From positions 1,024,001-1,088,000 of the forward strand of contig AE017150.2 in NCBI GenBank assembly GCA_000002445.1: DNA of 64,000 bases. Direction: 5' to 3'. The notes under the pieces were generated by a model that was not told the DNA's origin, did no database searches, and saw only the letters and a program-made list of their open reading frames with translations. The position numbers and the translations under genes were made by a program. The stretch's first letter is position 1; the number at the start of each line of letters is the position of its first letter. This DNA comes from Trypanosoma brucei. Its lineage: Eukaryota. This document shows positions 53,046 to 64,000 of the stretch, in pieces.

Positions 53046-53501
53046 ATGGTGCGCATGCATGGTAATGGTCATGGCAAGGCTGCATCGGCCTTGCCGTACC
53101 GCCGGACACCACCGACGTGGTTGAAATCCTCCAGCCGGGATGTTATCGATGCCGTTTGCAAGTTGGCAAAAAAGGGGCTTTCACCAAGTCGTATTGGCAT
53201 GCAACTTCGTGACTCGATGGGTATCGCGCAAGTGAAAAATGTGACGGGCCGCAAAATTTTACGCATTTTAAAGCACAAGGGCATGGCGCCTGAGATCCCT
53301 GAGGATTTGTACTGCTTAATTAAGCGGGCAACTCAAATGCGTAAGCACCTTGAGCGCAACACGAAAGATAAGGATACGAAGTTCCGTCTTATTTTGGTTG
53401 AGTCCCGCATTCACCGCCTTGCACGGTATTACAGACGCGTGAAGCAACTTCCACCCACGTGGAAATATGAGTCCAGCACGGCTTCAGCCATGGTTGCATA
53501 A
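53046..53501 (+). CDS. RPS13: 40S ribosomal protein S13 (uS15)
   Basis: The full 151-aa sequence ([130 protein letters not shown]...) is typical eukaryotic S13. The track's upstream extension is a TTG-started, F-rich artefact lying in the polypyrimidine tract. Confidence 0.9.
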   Translation: MVRMHGNGHGKAASALPYRRTPPTWLKSSSRDVIDAVCKLAKKGLSPSRIGMQLRDSMGIAQVKNVTGRKILRILKHKGMAPEIPEDLYCLIKRATQMRKHLERNTKDKDTKFRLILVESRIHRLARYYRRVKQLPPTWKYESSTASAMVA

Positions 53502-54177
53502 CTGTATGCCCAACGCTCTTGTTGTTTTTTTCAACACTCTTTTTATTGTTATAATTATAGTCATAATTGTTATTGTTGTTGTTTTTTCTGTTTTTGTTTA
53601 ATGAATGTAACGGCTGTTGCTGCCTTTTTTTTTTTTCGGGAGGGGTGGGGAGTTGGGGATGTTGTGCCCCCTCCACCTTTTCTCATTGGTCCAACCTGTT
53701 GTGATCTTTTTCTTTTTTGCAACCCAATAACCTCTCCATATTATTATTTTTTCATTTTCTTGCACGTGCCCCCACATCGACCCTCTTTTTTACATTTTGA
53801 AGTGTTACCGGGGGCCCTTGTGAGTTTTTTTTTTACTCGTTTCCCCCTCTTTCCACTTCAAGCAATATTTTGCTGTAGGGGGAAACAGGGGAAAGTGAGG
53901 GCACCAAATAAAAGGAACAACTCGGTACACCTCAGTCAGCGTTGAACAAGAACAAGAACAACAACAACAACAACAAGAACAAGAACATCAAAAACAAAAA
54001 AAAAAGAATTGTTAGGTCATACTCACAGAGGTGATTGGAAGGTCACTTAGTTTTACGATTATCATTGCTTACTCACACATTTGTATGGGTGATCACGAGT
54101 CCTAAAAAGAAACAAACAAGAAAAGAAAGAGAAGGTGTGACTCTTTGTGATCATACATAAATAGTTTTGAACCTATC

Positions 54178-55749
54178 ATGCGGCGCTTTACACTTATAAC
54201 GAGATATTTTCCTCTTTTTCATCCATCTGCAGGATGTTTCCAATCAACGGAGAAAAAGGAGCAGGGAAACGAGCGGCATCGCAAGTGGTCGTGTGATTCT
54301 CCACTTGACGAAACTTGTGCTGAAGAACTGGAGAAGGATGCATCACAGCGTGGTTTCATGCGGCGTGATTCGGCTAACTCAAAAGTGTATATGGAAGAAA
54401 CCCTACCGAAACCAGAGCGCATTAGTGGAGGTGTCGCTGTAATGAATTTACCTCCTATGGAAAAGGAACGGACAGAATTCGACGTGTATCAGCGGTCAAC
54501 GCGTGATTACACATCACAAGTTACGCCGTATGGCACGGTGGGTGTTGGTCTTGGCGCTGGTTTTGGTGCTCGTGAAGATAAACGACTTGGTTTCCTCCGA
54601 CCCCGTAAACTACAACCTTTCGGTGGGGAAAGTAGCATCGTGCCGAAGTATGATGAGAATGGCATGCCCATTGACGAGTCGCTCACGCGAGAACAGCTGA
54701 TTAAGAAGCGGCTTGCTTACATGAAGAGTTTTGAGGGCACGACGATGAGTCATCGGGAGCATTTTTTGTTAGTCGACTTAGATTTTGAGAAGGATGCGAT
54801 GATATTTGGTACGACGCGGGAGGAGTTTGAGAGGAACGTAACGAGGTTAAAACAAGTAATTAGCGAATACAGTAGGTGGGAGCGTACGGACAACTTTTAC
54901 CTTTACAGCACTATCGTACTTAAGATACTTACGGCTTGGGTGCTTTTGGAATGCATACAACAATACTACGAACTCCAGTTGTTTTCCATCCACTATGATG
55001 ATTTTGTCGAGGCGACGGAGGAGACACTTAACTCCCTAGCGTACGATCTTGAACGGGATATGAAGCGCGCACGGGAGGAGCTGATAGCCAATCCACCCGA
55101 TTTTCGACCCGTGGTGGAGGCCATCCGCCGGGAAAAGCGACGACTGCTTGATGAAGATGCGAAACGCGTAACGAAGGAAACACCAGTCGTCGACAGTAGT
55201 GGAAGTGAAGAAGCAAAGGAGAGGAATGCTACTGATGGAGTCTCCCTTGCATCACAGTTGGATGATATTATACCCGCATGTATTGGGGGTGATGGCTGTC
55301 CCAAACAACCTCTTGAGGGAACAGTGGTGCCGTTGGAAACCTCTGCATTAAACCGAGACTTCAGGGATGATGACGCTCTTCGGCCGCACCCAATGGATAC
55401 GACACAAGAAAAACTGTATTTGGATTCTCTCCGGAGACGTGAAGCACAGAAGGAAATGCGACGCCTCCAGGATCAAGCAGTTGATGCGGGCCCTTCGGTA
55501 GGTGTGTTCGGTTCCTTCTGGCAGTGGGTTCGTGGGGGCGGTAACGTCATAATAACGCCTCTGCTGCAGGAAGATTTTACTCGTCTCTCCTACGCTGCCA
55601 GTCCGACAAGTATTGAAACACTGCGTTCGATTCGCCGTATCCTTCTCCCACGGAGCGAAGATCACATTCAGGTTGTACGGGAGGAAATGCTGGAGTACAA
55701 ACGAGAGAAGGAGTTGAGATGCATCCATCACTCCTCGGATCAGGAATGA
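54178..55749 (+). CDS. Hypothetical protein, 523 aa; the N-terminus (MRRFTLITRYFPLF) resembles a mitochondrial presequence
   Basis: ATG-started ORF with an Arg-rich amphipathic N-terminus. No diagnostic motif. Confidence 0.55.
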   Translation: MRRFTLITRYFPLFHPSAGCFQSTEKKEQGNERHRKWSCDSPLDETCAEELEKDASQRGFMRRDSANSKVYMEETLPKPERISGGVAVMNLPPMEKERTEFDVYQRSTRDYTSQVTPYGTVGVGLGAGFGAREDKRLGFLRPRKLQPFGGESSIVPKYDENGMPIDESLTREQLIKKRLAYMKSFEGTTMSHREHFLLVDLDFEKDAMIFGTTREEFERNVTRLKQVISEYSRWERTDNFYLYSTIVLKILTAWVLLECIQQYYELQLFSIHYDDFVEATEETLNSLAYDLERDMKRAREELIANPPDFRPVVEAIRREKRRLLDEDAKRVTKETPVVDSSGSEEAKERNATDGVSLASQLDDIIPACIGGDGCPKQPLEGTVVPLETSALNRDFRDDDALRPHPMDTTQEKLYLDSLRRREAQKEMRRLQDQAVDAGPSVGVFGSFWQWVRGGGNVIITPLLQEDFTRLSYAASPTSIETLRSIRRILLPRSEDHIQVVREEMLEYKREKELRCIHHSSDQE

Positions 55750-56290
55750 GGGATGTGATTCATTCTGGAGGTGAATGCACATTACGCTGTTAGCGTATAT
55801 CTGTTTGTGTGATAAGGTGGCGAAGGCCCAAATAATATCGGTGGTGCTCCCTCCTCTCACACGCGTTTAAACTGATGAACGCGTGGACACTTATGAGGGT
55901 GAGATGTGGTTGGGGGAAGGTGGCATATTTGTGTATGATGAAAACGCACACTTACGTGTGCGTCTGTGTCTGTGTTTCTGTTTGTTTTTTAATTTTTTGA
56001 AGCTTTCCCACATGGGGGTTACCCTGTTTTAATAACTATAATTTTTCTTGTGCGTTCCCCCCCCCCCATCCCCATCCCCTTTGCCTCCCTCTTTCCTTAA
56101 GTTTCCTCTTCGCAACTACCGAAGCAGATAGGTCTTTGAAGTTAGAAAAGAGAAACAATAAGAGGTGTTTGCTTTGGTGAGAGAGTGGTCGTGCATGAGG
56201 GAGCCGAGTGGGGAGGCATTTAGGCAAATTTAGCACCTTAGTGTAGTAGAGCTTTTATCATTATCATTATTATTGTTATTAAAGGTTGCA

Positions 56291-57883
56291 ATGAATCGCG
56301 ACAAGGGTAAGTTCCCCCAATTACCCCCTGTTCTTGTGCAATGCAATGAACTTGAGTCATACTTGCGTACCCTTAATGATCAACTGGCTGAGCGTTTGGG
56401 ATGCCTGTGGAGAAATGTGGCGGAGATGCAGGGGGTAGTGAGGACTCTTGACATACATGTGAAGCTGATTCGTACTTTCTTGCGTGAGCATGCAGTTCTT
56501 ACTCTCAGTGATAAACTTTTTGAAGACGAACTTGTGTTCGATGGCGGTGACGCGGTTGATTCTTTTCTGCCAGAATTCTTACGAAAGAGGTTTAATGAGT
56601 CCGCCACCGAAACAGAACTGTCTCGGTCTTCCGTAACGGACGAGAGCGAACAAAGCAACGATATCAGAGAAAGATTCGGTCGCATCAACCGCATTTGCAA
56701 AGATCGCTTTATTCGCCAGAAGGAGAGGAACGAGGAGGAGCACCGTCTTCAAACGGAGAGGATGGATGCATGTAGGCGTGTTGAAGCAATGTGCCGCGCA
56801 CTTGAAGCATCCCAAACAACTCATATGGACAAGCTGGAGCGTGTCAGCTACTGGCTGTATCCAATTCCCGAATATGAGAATTTTTATTCTGAAAACGCGA
56901 GTGGTGAAGGTGGTGATGAATTACTTCGAGATGTTAGGGGGCAAACCAAGGGGGCAAGGGTGGTGCAGGAGCTACACGAAACAATACGGAATGCACCGAT
57001 TTTCCTTGAGTTCCGTAGGTTGTTGTTACGCGATGTCTCGGAGCGCTTGGCAGGAGCTCTTGACCAGCACTCCATGGATATTGCCAACTCCAACATTGCA
57101 AGTGTATGTGATTGTGAAGGCTTCCGCAAAGGGAAGAGAAAAAATGCTGGAGCGGTAGGTTCTGTGGATGACGGAAGTATCTCCAACCCTCCGGATTCCG
57201 CATCATTGGCGGAGCAACGACTAAGGGTGCGTAACAACGGTTATATTCACATTAGTGAGGTCGAGGCTTTACTGAATGCCAGAGTGGAGGCTACACCCGT
57301 GTTAAACAAGGGTAACGACACCAATGCGAAATTAATAGAAAGGCGTCTACTGGAACGCATCGAAAACCTCGAGGAAAGAATGGCAATGTATGAAGCGGAA
57401 CGTAAGGAATTCCGGAAGATTCTTTCCGCAGTCGTCGATGCGCATCGGAGCAGGCACGGAATCGGGATGTCTCTCCGTGAGGCTGTTCTTTCTTCACGTT
57501 CAACGAGGAAAGGAGAGCATCAGGATGGTCACAGTAACTTCACTCTGTATGAAATATCCGATCCCCGGCGGTTTGCAGCGAAAGGCACCCCACCGGGCTC
57601 AAAAACACAAGCTTCATCTTCTGGTCGAATAATTGGCTCGTCACCAAGTCCACGAGGAGACAAGAAAGCAATTGTAGAACCACTCAACCCGTTGGTGGTC
57701 TCGGGGGAAGCATCGTACCGTACGGTGGACACATCAACGGTTACGCGTGAGACATCAACGCAGGAGGACATCAACATGACAGCGAATCAAGCGGCGTACC
57801 TCTCTTATGTTATGGGTAAGAAAGGTTGCCGTGATGTCGAGAATCTCCCACCGTTACCTTACGACCGCAAAACGTTCAAATGA
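56291..57883 (+). CDS. Hypothetical protein, 530 aa, with predicted coiled-coil segments
   Basis: ORF starting at the first ATG (MNRDKGK...). Heptad-like charged stretches (for example ERRLLERIENLEERMAMYEAERKEFRKIL). Confidence 0.55.
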   Translation: MNRDKGKFPQLPPVLVQCNELESYLRTLNDQLAERLGCLWRNVAEMQGVVRTLDIHVKLIRTFLREHAVLTLSDKLFEDELVFDGGDAVDSFLPEFLRKRFNESATETELSRSSVTDESEQSNDIRERFGRINRICKDRFIRQKERNEEEHRLQTERMDACRRVEAMCRALEASQTTHMDKLERVSYWLYPIPEYENFYSENASGEGGDELLRDVRGQTKGARVVQELHETIRNAPIFLEFRRLLLRDVSERLAGALDQHSMDIANSNIASVCDCEGFRKGKRKNAGAVGSVDDGSISNPPDSASLAEQRLRVRNNGYIHISEVEALLNARVEATPVLNKGNDTNAKLIERRLLERIENLEERMAMYEAERKEFRKILSAVVDAHRSRHGIGMSLREAVLSSRSTRKGEHQDGHSNFTLYEISDPRRFAAKGTPPGSKTQASSSGRIIGSSPSPRGDKKAIVEPLNPLVVSGEASYRTVDTSTVTRETSTQEDINMTANQAAYLSYVMGKKGCRDVENLPPLPYDRKTFK

Positions 57884-58353
57884 GCATTGGCTTATGCCTT
57901 TGCATATGTATTCGCATATCGGAGACTCTCATTTCGATGGACAGGCCTTTTCTTTGTTCCTTTTCCCTGTTTTTTTCTTTCTTCCTCCCTTTTTACGAGA
58001 CATCGACCGCTGCGTGTAATGGTACTTCTTTTCCTGCATTCGCACGCGCACGTACGCAGGATTGATAGTGTACACGCTGGTGCGTGTAACTGTGTTGTGC
58101 GCATTCACGTGTAATATATATATATATATATATATATATATTACGGAGAGGACAAACGTGCATGTCCTCACTTCTTTTTGCATGTAAATTTATTATCCTT
58201 TTTTTTTCCATTCTGTTGCGTTTGTATGTTAGAGGTTATCTCTTGCTGCTTGGGTGTGCTCTACCGTGATATACCACCTAGTTCATGTGCTTCCCGATGG
58301 TGTTGTAACCCTCTTGACTTTCATTTTTCTTCTGAAGAGAATTTTAAAGGGTA

Positions 58354-59616
58354 ATGTCGCTTTCATGTGGACCACGAACCCCCTATATGCCACGCATGGA
58401 AAGATTTTTTTTACTGCTGTTGACAGGACAGGCGCTGTTATGCCATTTTCATCAACCGGCTGCAGCAGTTGTTGGGTTACAAGAAGCTAACATGACACTC
58501 GAAGCCAGGGACTGGTCACAAGACAGTGCTGTATTAGATACCTCCGTGAAGGTGGTAACGTCTACCGTATGTGGATTAATAAATAGCACCGAAGAAATTT
58601 CCATTCCCAATGGCTGGTGCGTAGCTTTCCTCACTCCTATGGCGCCTGGTAAGTTGACACTTAACATACATGCAGAGACATCAAATGTGCGAGATTTCGT
58701 CACGGTGAGTGATACGTTTCGCTATTGGGTGGGTGATGATTCCAAAGACCTAATGGACCGCATCACGGAAGCTGTCAACAGGGAATTGGGAGTGCAGTAT
58801 TCCACACTCAGTAAATTGAGCGGAGTTTACTCTTCTCCCTGTCGCAGTAGTAAGGTTAATGAGATGCTTCCTCTGTGCAACTCCACACGTAATTGTAAGA
58901 CTGTTCTGTCATTTGAAGGACTGAAGAGCAATGTGACGGAGTTTCTGTGTGCCCGTGTGCCTAAACCTTGTGAAAAACACGTACAAACAGAGGAGGTGTG
59001 GGGTGGAAATGTAGAGATTATCATTGAGGGAGTGAAGAATAGCATGGAGATCGCGATTGACCTTGTAGCTGAAGTAAGAGAAGGAAATTTCAGTGCCGAG
59101 CGGATCGAATTATTGCAGGATGAACGAGCCGCGCAACTTTTTGCATCGAACGAGTTAAAAATGTACGATTACCCTCTTATAGACGAAAAGAAATGCGCGA
59201 GCGGGAATGACTTGTGGTTGCTTCTCATCGCTGTGCCGCTTATCCTGTTGCTTTTTTCGTTTCGTTACATTTTCGGTATTGGACGACGGAGTGGCAAGCA
59301 TATAGAGCGGAACGCAATTATTGATGACGAGGTGCATGGACAACAAATGGGAACGGCGTGCCTTCCTGGACAGTTCCAAGAGTTTATGTACGTGGATCCA
59401 CAACAATTAAACGGTTGTGAGGGTAACGAATTCATTCAAGAGGCAGATCAAATATTAGAGAATCAGTATACACCACAGTTTACCCCTGCATGTGCTGAGG
59501 GGGATGGTGAAACCGCTTCATGCCCTGGTGAAGAACACACTGAAGACAATGCCATATATGAATACGGCACAGAGCAACAGTTTGGAGCTGGCGGTGACCG
59601 TGCAGATCATGTTTGA
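58354..59616 (+). CDS. Type-I membrane glycoprotein: signal peptide, several NxS/T sites, one transmembrane helix near the C-terminus, and an acidic cytoplasmic tail
   Basis: A hydrophobic N-terminus (MERFFLLLLTGQALLC); the start could be 58354, 58387 or 58396. NxT/S sequons (NMT, NST, NVT, NFS). A transmembrane segment (LWLLLIAVPLILLLFSF) followed by about 110 cytoplasmic residues. Confidence 0.6.
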   Translation: MSLSCGPRTPYMPRMERFFLLLLTGQALLCHFHQPAAAVVGLQEANMTLEARDWSQDSAVLDTSVKVVTSTVCGLINSTEEISIPNGWCVAFLTPMAPGKLTLNIHAETSNVRDFVTVSDTFRYWVGDDSKDLMDRITEAVNRELGVQYSTLSKLSGVYSSPCRSSKVNEMLPLCNSTRNCKTVLSFEGLKSNVTEFLCARVPKPCEKHVQTEEVWGGNVEIIIEGVKNSMEIAIDLVAEVREGNFSAERIELLQDERAAQLFASNELKMYDYPLIDEKKCASGNDLWLLLIAVPLILLLFSFRYIFGIGRRSGKHIERNAIIDDEVHGQQMGTACLPGQFQEFMYVDPQQLNGCEGNEFIQEADQILENQYTPQFTPACAEGDGETASCPGEEHTEDNAIYEYGTEQQFGAGGDRADHV

Positions 59617-60457
59617 GCAGTCGGCAAGGAACCGAGTATTTAGCAGAGGGTGAGTGATGCATACATTTCTTTTTTTTGTTTTTGTTTTTGTAGTTGGTCG
59701 GAAGTTTGGACGTGCGGGATTCTGTGTTTTTTTTTCTTCTCATTATGTGGGAGAGCTGAGAAAGAATTTTTTTTTTCCCGCTTTTCTTTCGACGTACATA
59801 GAATGGATCTAGGGAGGAGAAACTATGCACCCATAGAAGTGGAGTGCATTTTTTTTTTTTTGACTCCTCCCTCTCTTTATTTGTCTCTTTATTTCCCCTC
59901 CTCCTTTCCTCTCAACTTCTTCGGCATATATGGAGGTGATTTGTGTGTGTGTGTGTGGGGGGGGATGGCATTCCGTTTACATGTGTGTATACGCCCATAC
60001 GTATGTATATATTTATTTTTGCCAGGTAAGAGAAGGCACGTACTAGTTGCGATGATGTTAGTGTTTTTTCTTTCCATCGCTTAATACCGGTATATTTGTT
60101 TTTGGTTATTTTTGTTGTTGCGTACGACTTATCATTTTATCAAACTGTTTGTCCCCCTTATTTAACCCGTTTTACGCCCCATCGCTTACCCTGCGGACTG
60201 CATCAGTTGATTGGAAATGCGGGTGCACTAACGGAGTTTGTTACCGTTGTGTTTCTCTTGCATTGAGGTTGAGTTTTATTTTTCTTCATTTCTCTCCTTC
60301 CTTCCTTCCTTCTTTATTTATTTTTTTGTTCCCACGTGCTTCGTGCGCTGCATCCGCTTGAAGATATATCGCCATCATTATTTAAGCCAAACAGAAGTGA
60401 AAGTAGCAAAAGAGATCTATAAGGAAAGGTTGCAACAGTCATACCAGGTATTAAACA

Positions 60458-63070
60458 ATGGCACATTCAGATCGCCAATGTACAAACGCAGCGCAAACTG
60501 CATTGTCAGATGCTGTTGAGTCGGCACGGAAGCACAACAACGGTTTTGTCGATCCCGCGCATCTTGCGCTTGTATTGTTTAAGAATGAAGATGGACTTGC
60601 TTCACGTGTATTGCGTAAACTCAATGCGGGTACGGTGCTGGAGCCACTCGCCGCACGAGTTGGTGCACTTCCGGAGCAGAGGCCCGCGCCCGCGGTTCCA
60701 TCACCTTCTCCAGCGATGGTGGTTGTGCTCAACACCGCAGAGCAGAAGCGAATAGAGTGGGGTGACTCACTTATTGCTGTTGATCATCTTCTTATTGGGT
60801 TGTTTGAATGTAAGGAAGTTGAGGCCATCATGAAGGCCGCACACGCGTCGAAGAAAGCCGTTGAAGGTGCGCTTCTGGAGTTACGCAAAGGAAAGAAGGT
60901 TACATCCGAATTCCAGGAGGAAAACTACCAAGCTCTTGAAAAATACGCAACCGACTTGTGTAAACTGGCGGAGGAGGGGAAACTTGATCCAGTGATTGGG
61001 CGGACTGATGAGGTTCTGCGCACAATACGCGTTCTATCGAGACGAACAAAAAACAACCCAATTCTGATTGGTGAGCCCGGTGTCGGCAAGACTGCGATCG
61101 CGGAGGGAATTGCGCAGCGGATTGTACGTGGGGACGTGCCGGACACCTTGTTGAATACACGTTTGTTTTCCCTTGACCTCGGCGCCCTTATCGCTGGAAG
61201 CTCGCTTCGGGGCGAGTTTGAGGAGCGTCTCAAGAGTGTGCTAAACGAAGTGAAGGAGAGCTCCAATGGAGTTATTTTGTTTATTGATGAGATTCACCTC
61301 GTCCTCGGGGCAGGGAAGTCCGGTGGCTCGATGGATGCCGCAAATTTGCTGAAACCAATGCTCGCACGTGGAGAACTTCGTACTATTGGAGCGACTACAC
61401 TGGAGGAGTATCGCACATATGTCGAGAAGGATGCCGCATTTGAGAGGCGCTTCATGCCTGTGTATGTTACAGAGCCCAGTGTTGAAGAGTGCATCAGCAT
61501 CCTTCGTGGCCTAAAGGACCGGTATGAGGCACACCACGGTGTTCAAATTACTGACAATGCGGTTGTTGTTGCAGCACAGCTGGCGAACCGTTACATCACA
61601 AACCGCTTCATGCCTGACAAGGCCATCGACCTCATTGATGAAGCGTGTGCCAATGTGAGGGTGCAGCTTTCATCGCGGCCGGAGGCGATTGACATCCTTG
61701 AGCGCAAGAAACGCCAGCTGGAGATTGAGGCGAAGGCTCTCGAACGTGACAAGGAAGCTGCTTCACGGGAGCGACTAAAACTTGTGAAGGCGGATATACA
61801 GCGCGTTGAGGAGGAGTTGCAACCACTTGTCAGCAAGTATAATGATGAGCGTCAACGTATTGATGAGCTTCAGGAGATGCAGTCGCGTCTTGATGAGAAG
61901 AAGAACAAACTGGAGCGCGCTGTGCGTGATGGCAAAATGGACTTGGCTGCAGACCTCCAGTACAATGTCATCCCCCTGATTCAGGACCGCATTCGGTCGT
62001 TGAAGGAGGACATTGAAAGACAGAAGGCCACATTGGTGCAGGAAAAGGTTACTGAAGGTGACGTCGCCGCTGTGGTTGCCCGCTGGACCGGCATCCCTGT
62101 GGTTAAATTGAGTCAGACGGATCGGGAACGGCTATTGAACCTTTCCATGCATCTCCACCGACGCGTGAAGGGACAAGATGAGGCGGTTGAGCGGGTTGCC
62201 GATGCTATTATTCGTGCTCGTGCGGGCCTGTCGCGGCCCAACTCCCCAACTGCCTCGTTTCTATTCCTTGGACCCACGGGTGTTGGAAAGACAGAACTGG
62301 TTAAAGCCGTTGCTGCCGAGTTGTTTGACGACGAAAAGCATATGGTACGCATTGACATGAGCGAGTATATGGAGCAACATTCGGTGTCACGGTTGATTGG
62401 TGCACCACCTGGTTACATTGGCCATGACGAGGGCGGACAGTTGACGGAACCAGTGCGGCGGCGCCCTCACGCCGTTGTGTTGTTTGATGAGGTGGAAAAG
62501 GCACATCCAAATGTGTACAATGTGCTACTGCAAGTACTGGATGATGGCCGCTTGACTGACTCGCGTGGACGGACGGTGGACTTCAGCAACACCATCATCG
62601 TCATGACATCTAACCTCGGCTCTGAGCACCTCTTGAACCCTGAGGAGACGAATGAATCTTATGAGGTACTGCGTGAGAATGTGTTGGCTGCCGTGCGGTC
62701 TTACTTCCGACCTGAGCTCATCAATCGCTTGGATGATATTGTTGTGTTCCGAAGACTTCGTACAGAAGACCTGCGGGGTGTCGTTGACAATCTTATCGCT
62801 GGCGTTAACGAGCGTCTCAAATCCAGTGGGTTTTCTGTTTTGCTGGATGATGGTGTGAAGGATTTCATTTTGGAGCATGGCCACGATGCCAATATGGGCG
62901 CTCGCCCGCTACGCCGTTGGATCGAAAAGAACATCGTCACTGAAATCGGCCGCATGCTCATCGCGAAGGAGCTGCCACCAAACAGCACTTTACGAGTTTC
63001 ACTTCCTGAAGGTGGGAACAAACTGACGTTTGGTGTGAAACGGGGGCTTACCAGTGACGAATGGGAATAA
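60458..63070 (+). CDS. HSP100: HSP100 / ClpB-type AAA+ disaggregase
   Basis: An N-terminal Clp-N domain, two AAA+ modules with Walker A motifs [13 protein letters not shown] and [13 protein letters not shown], a coiled-coil middle domain between them, and a sensor-2 / C-terminal D2 small domain. Length is 870 aa. Confidence 0.9.
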   Translation: MAHSDRQCTNAAQTALSDAVESARKHNNGFVDPAHLALVLFKNEDGLASRVLRKLNAGTVLEPLAARVGALPEQRPAPAVPSPSPAMVVVLNTAEQKRIEWGDSLIAVDHLLIGLFECKEVEAIMKAAHASKKAVEGALLELRKGKKVTSEFQEENYQALEKYATDLCKLAEEGKLDPVIGRTDEVLRTIRVLSRRTKNNPILIGEPGVGKTAIAEGIAQRIVRGDVPDTLLNTRLFSLDLGALIAGSSLRGEFEERLKSVLNEVKESSNGVILFIDEIHLVLGAGKSGGSMDAANLLKPMLARGELRTIGATTLEEYRTYVEKDAAFERRFMPVYVTEPSVEECISILRGLKDRYEAHHGVQITDNAVVVAAQLANRYITNRFMPDKAIDLIDEACANVRVQLSSRPEAIDILERKKRQLEIEAKALERDKEAASRERLKLVKADIQRVEEELQPLVSKYNDERQRIDELQEMQSRLDEKKNKLERAVRDGKMDLAADLQYNVIPLIQDRIRSLKEDIERQKATLVQEKVTEGDVAAVVARWTGIPVVKLSQTDRERLLNLSMHLHRRVKGQDEAVERVADAIIRARAGLSRPNSPTASFLFLGPTGVGKTELVKAVAAELFDDEKHMVRIDMSEYMEQHSVSRLIGAPPGYIGHDEGGQLTEPVRRRPHAVVLFDEVEKAHPNVYNVLLQVLDDGRLTDSRGRTVDFSNTIIVMTSNLGSEHLLNPEETNESYEVLRENVLAAVRSYFRPELINRLDDIVVFRRLRTEDLRGVVDNLIAGVNERLKSSGFSVLLDDGVKDFILEHGHDANMGARPLRRWIEKNIVTEIGRMLIAKELPPNSTLRVSLPEGGNKLTFGVKRGLTSDEWE

Positions 63071-64000
63071 AGGCGCTGGACAAACAGAAAGGATATATCT
63101 ATATCGATATATGTGTTTTCGTTTTTGTCCTGGTGATGAGCGGGTGTGTGGGACGCATCCTTCCTCCTGTAACTGTGCCCTACTACTGGGTTCATGTGTT
63201 GGTTGTGATCTCCTTTGCCGCACCTTATTACCTTCTTTCTTTTCAAAATAATAATAATAGTTATTATTACCGCTCTCACTATTATTATTATTATCATTAT
63301 TATTATTATTATCATTATTATTATTATTATTACCGCTCTCACTATTATTATTATTATTGTCACTATTATTGTCACTCTCATAATTATTATTATGAACGTT
63401 TTTTGTTATTATTATTTTTTTGCTTTATCATCATCATCATCACTGTGTCGATTATTATTATATTATTATTAGTATTGCTGTTGTTATTTGCTCGAGTCAG
63501 TGCGTTCTAGTACTACTACTGTTTTTGCATGTTCCGTACTGGTGCGCTGTCCAAGATTCTTTGTCGTTTCTTATGGCGTCATGACTGAGCGGATAAATAA
63601 ATTGCAGCATTAATTGTCTGAGGAGCTTATCCCTGACATCTTTCAACTCGTTCTGCATGTGCGTGTTACTGTTATTATTGTTATTATTATTAAGTGATGT
63701 TTTCATTGTACCACTTTCTTTTCTTCTTCCCTTTGGTTCATTTATTTATTTATTTTGAATGGTTTCTCTTAAGTGTGTGGCCGCACTGCTGTACACCACC
63801 AATAATATAGAAGATAGGCATTCCAATAAGGGGATATTAATTGTGTATATATATATATATATATATTATTCTTAGGAATAGTCTCTATTATTGTGTGGCT
63901 CCCATCCGGGGAGGGGGAAAGAAAAAAAAAAAAGAGACACCAAACCGAACTGAATAATTTTCCGGAACCGAAGGAAGTGAAACCACTGTATCATCACCAT

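Noticed and set aside
7953-56290. Track start codons at 7953, 9981, 22288, 24153, 34697, 47704 and 56273
   Set aside because: These positions are GTG or TTG in the sequence (the track uses an alternative-start table). Eukaryotic trypanosome genes start at ATG, so I moved the starts to the first in-frame ATG. That gives exactly 3075 aa for the FLAM8-like gene.

Overview
This window is nuclear DNA from a kinetoplastid, most consistent with Trypanosoma brucei-group chromosome sequence. It has no introns, about 50% GC in coding sequence, and polypyrimidine tracts followed by AG ahead of each gene. Every protein-coding gene is on the + strand, so the block from about 7.9 kb to 63 kb looks like one polycistronic transcription unit, separated by AT-rich intergenic regions with (TA)n and (GT)n microsatellites. 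The first 7.9 kb has no convincing protein gene but carries a U2 snRNA gene (+ strand, about 689-836) with a divergent tRNA-like A/B-box element about 100-160 bp upstream. Genes in order are: tyrosyl-DNA phosphodiesterase 1 (TDP1); a 3075-aa giant repetitive protein matching flagellar member 8 (FLAM8) in length and architecture; sedoheptulose/fructose bisphosphatase ending in -SKL (glycosomal PTS1); an SPT6-like elongation factor with a C-terminal SH2 domain; a 1081-aa hypothetical; a trypsin-fold peptidase-like protein; SmD2; a very large protein built from 114-bp (38-aa) tandem repeats; an AlkB-like 2OG-Fe(II) dioxygenase; a 1083-aa hypothetical; ribosomal protein S13; two further hypotheticals; a type-I membrane glycoprotein; and HSP100/ClpB. 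The supplied ORF track uses TTG/GTG as 'M', so I re-anchored starts to the first in-frame ATG. The most interesting structure is in the two repetitive genes. They share an ~85-aa domain: 17 copies inside FLAM8 and one at the head of each half of the 38-aa-repeat gene. The 38-aa-repeat gene also contains a 4284-bp internal direct duplication and an in-frame TGA in the middle of an otherwise perfect repeat.
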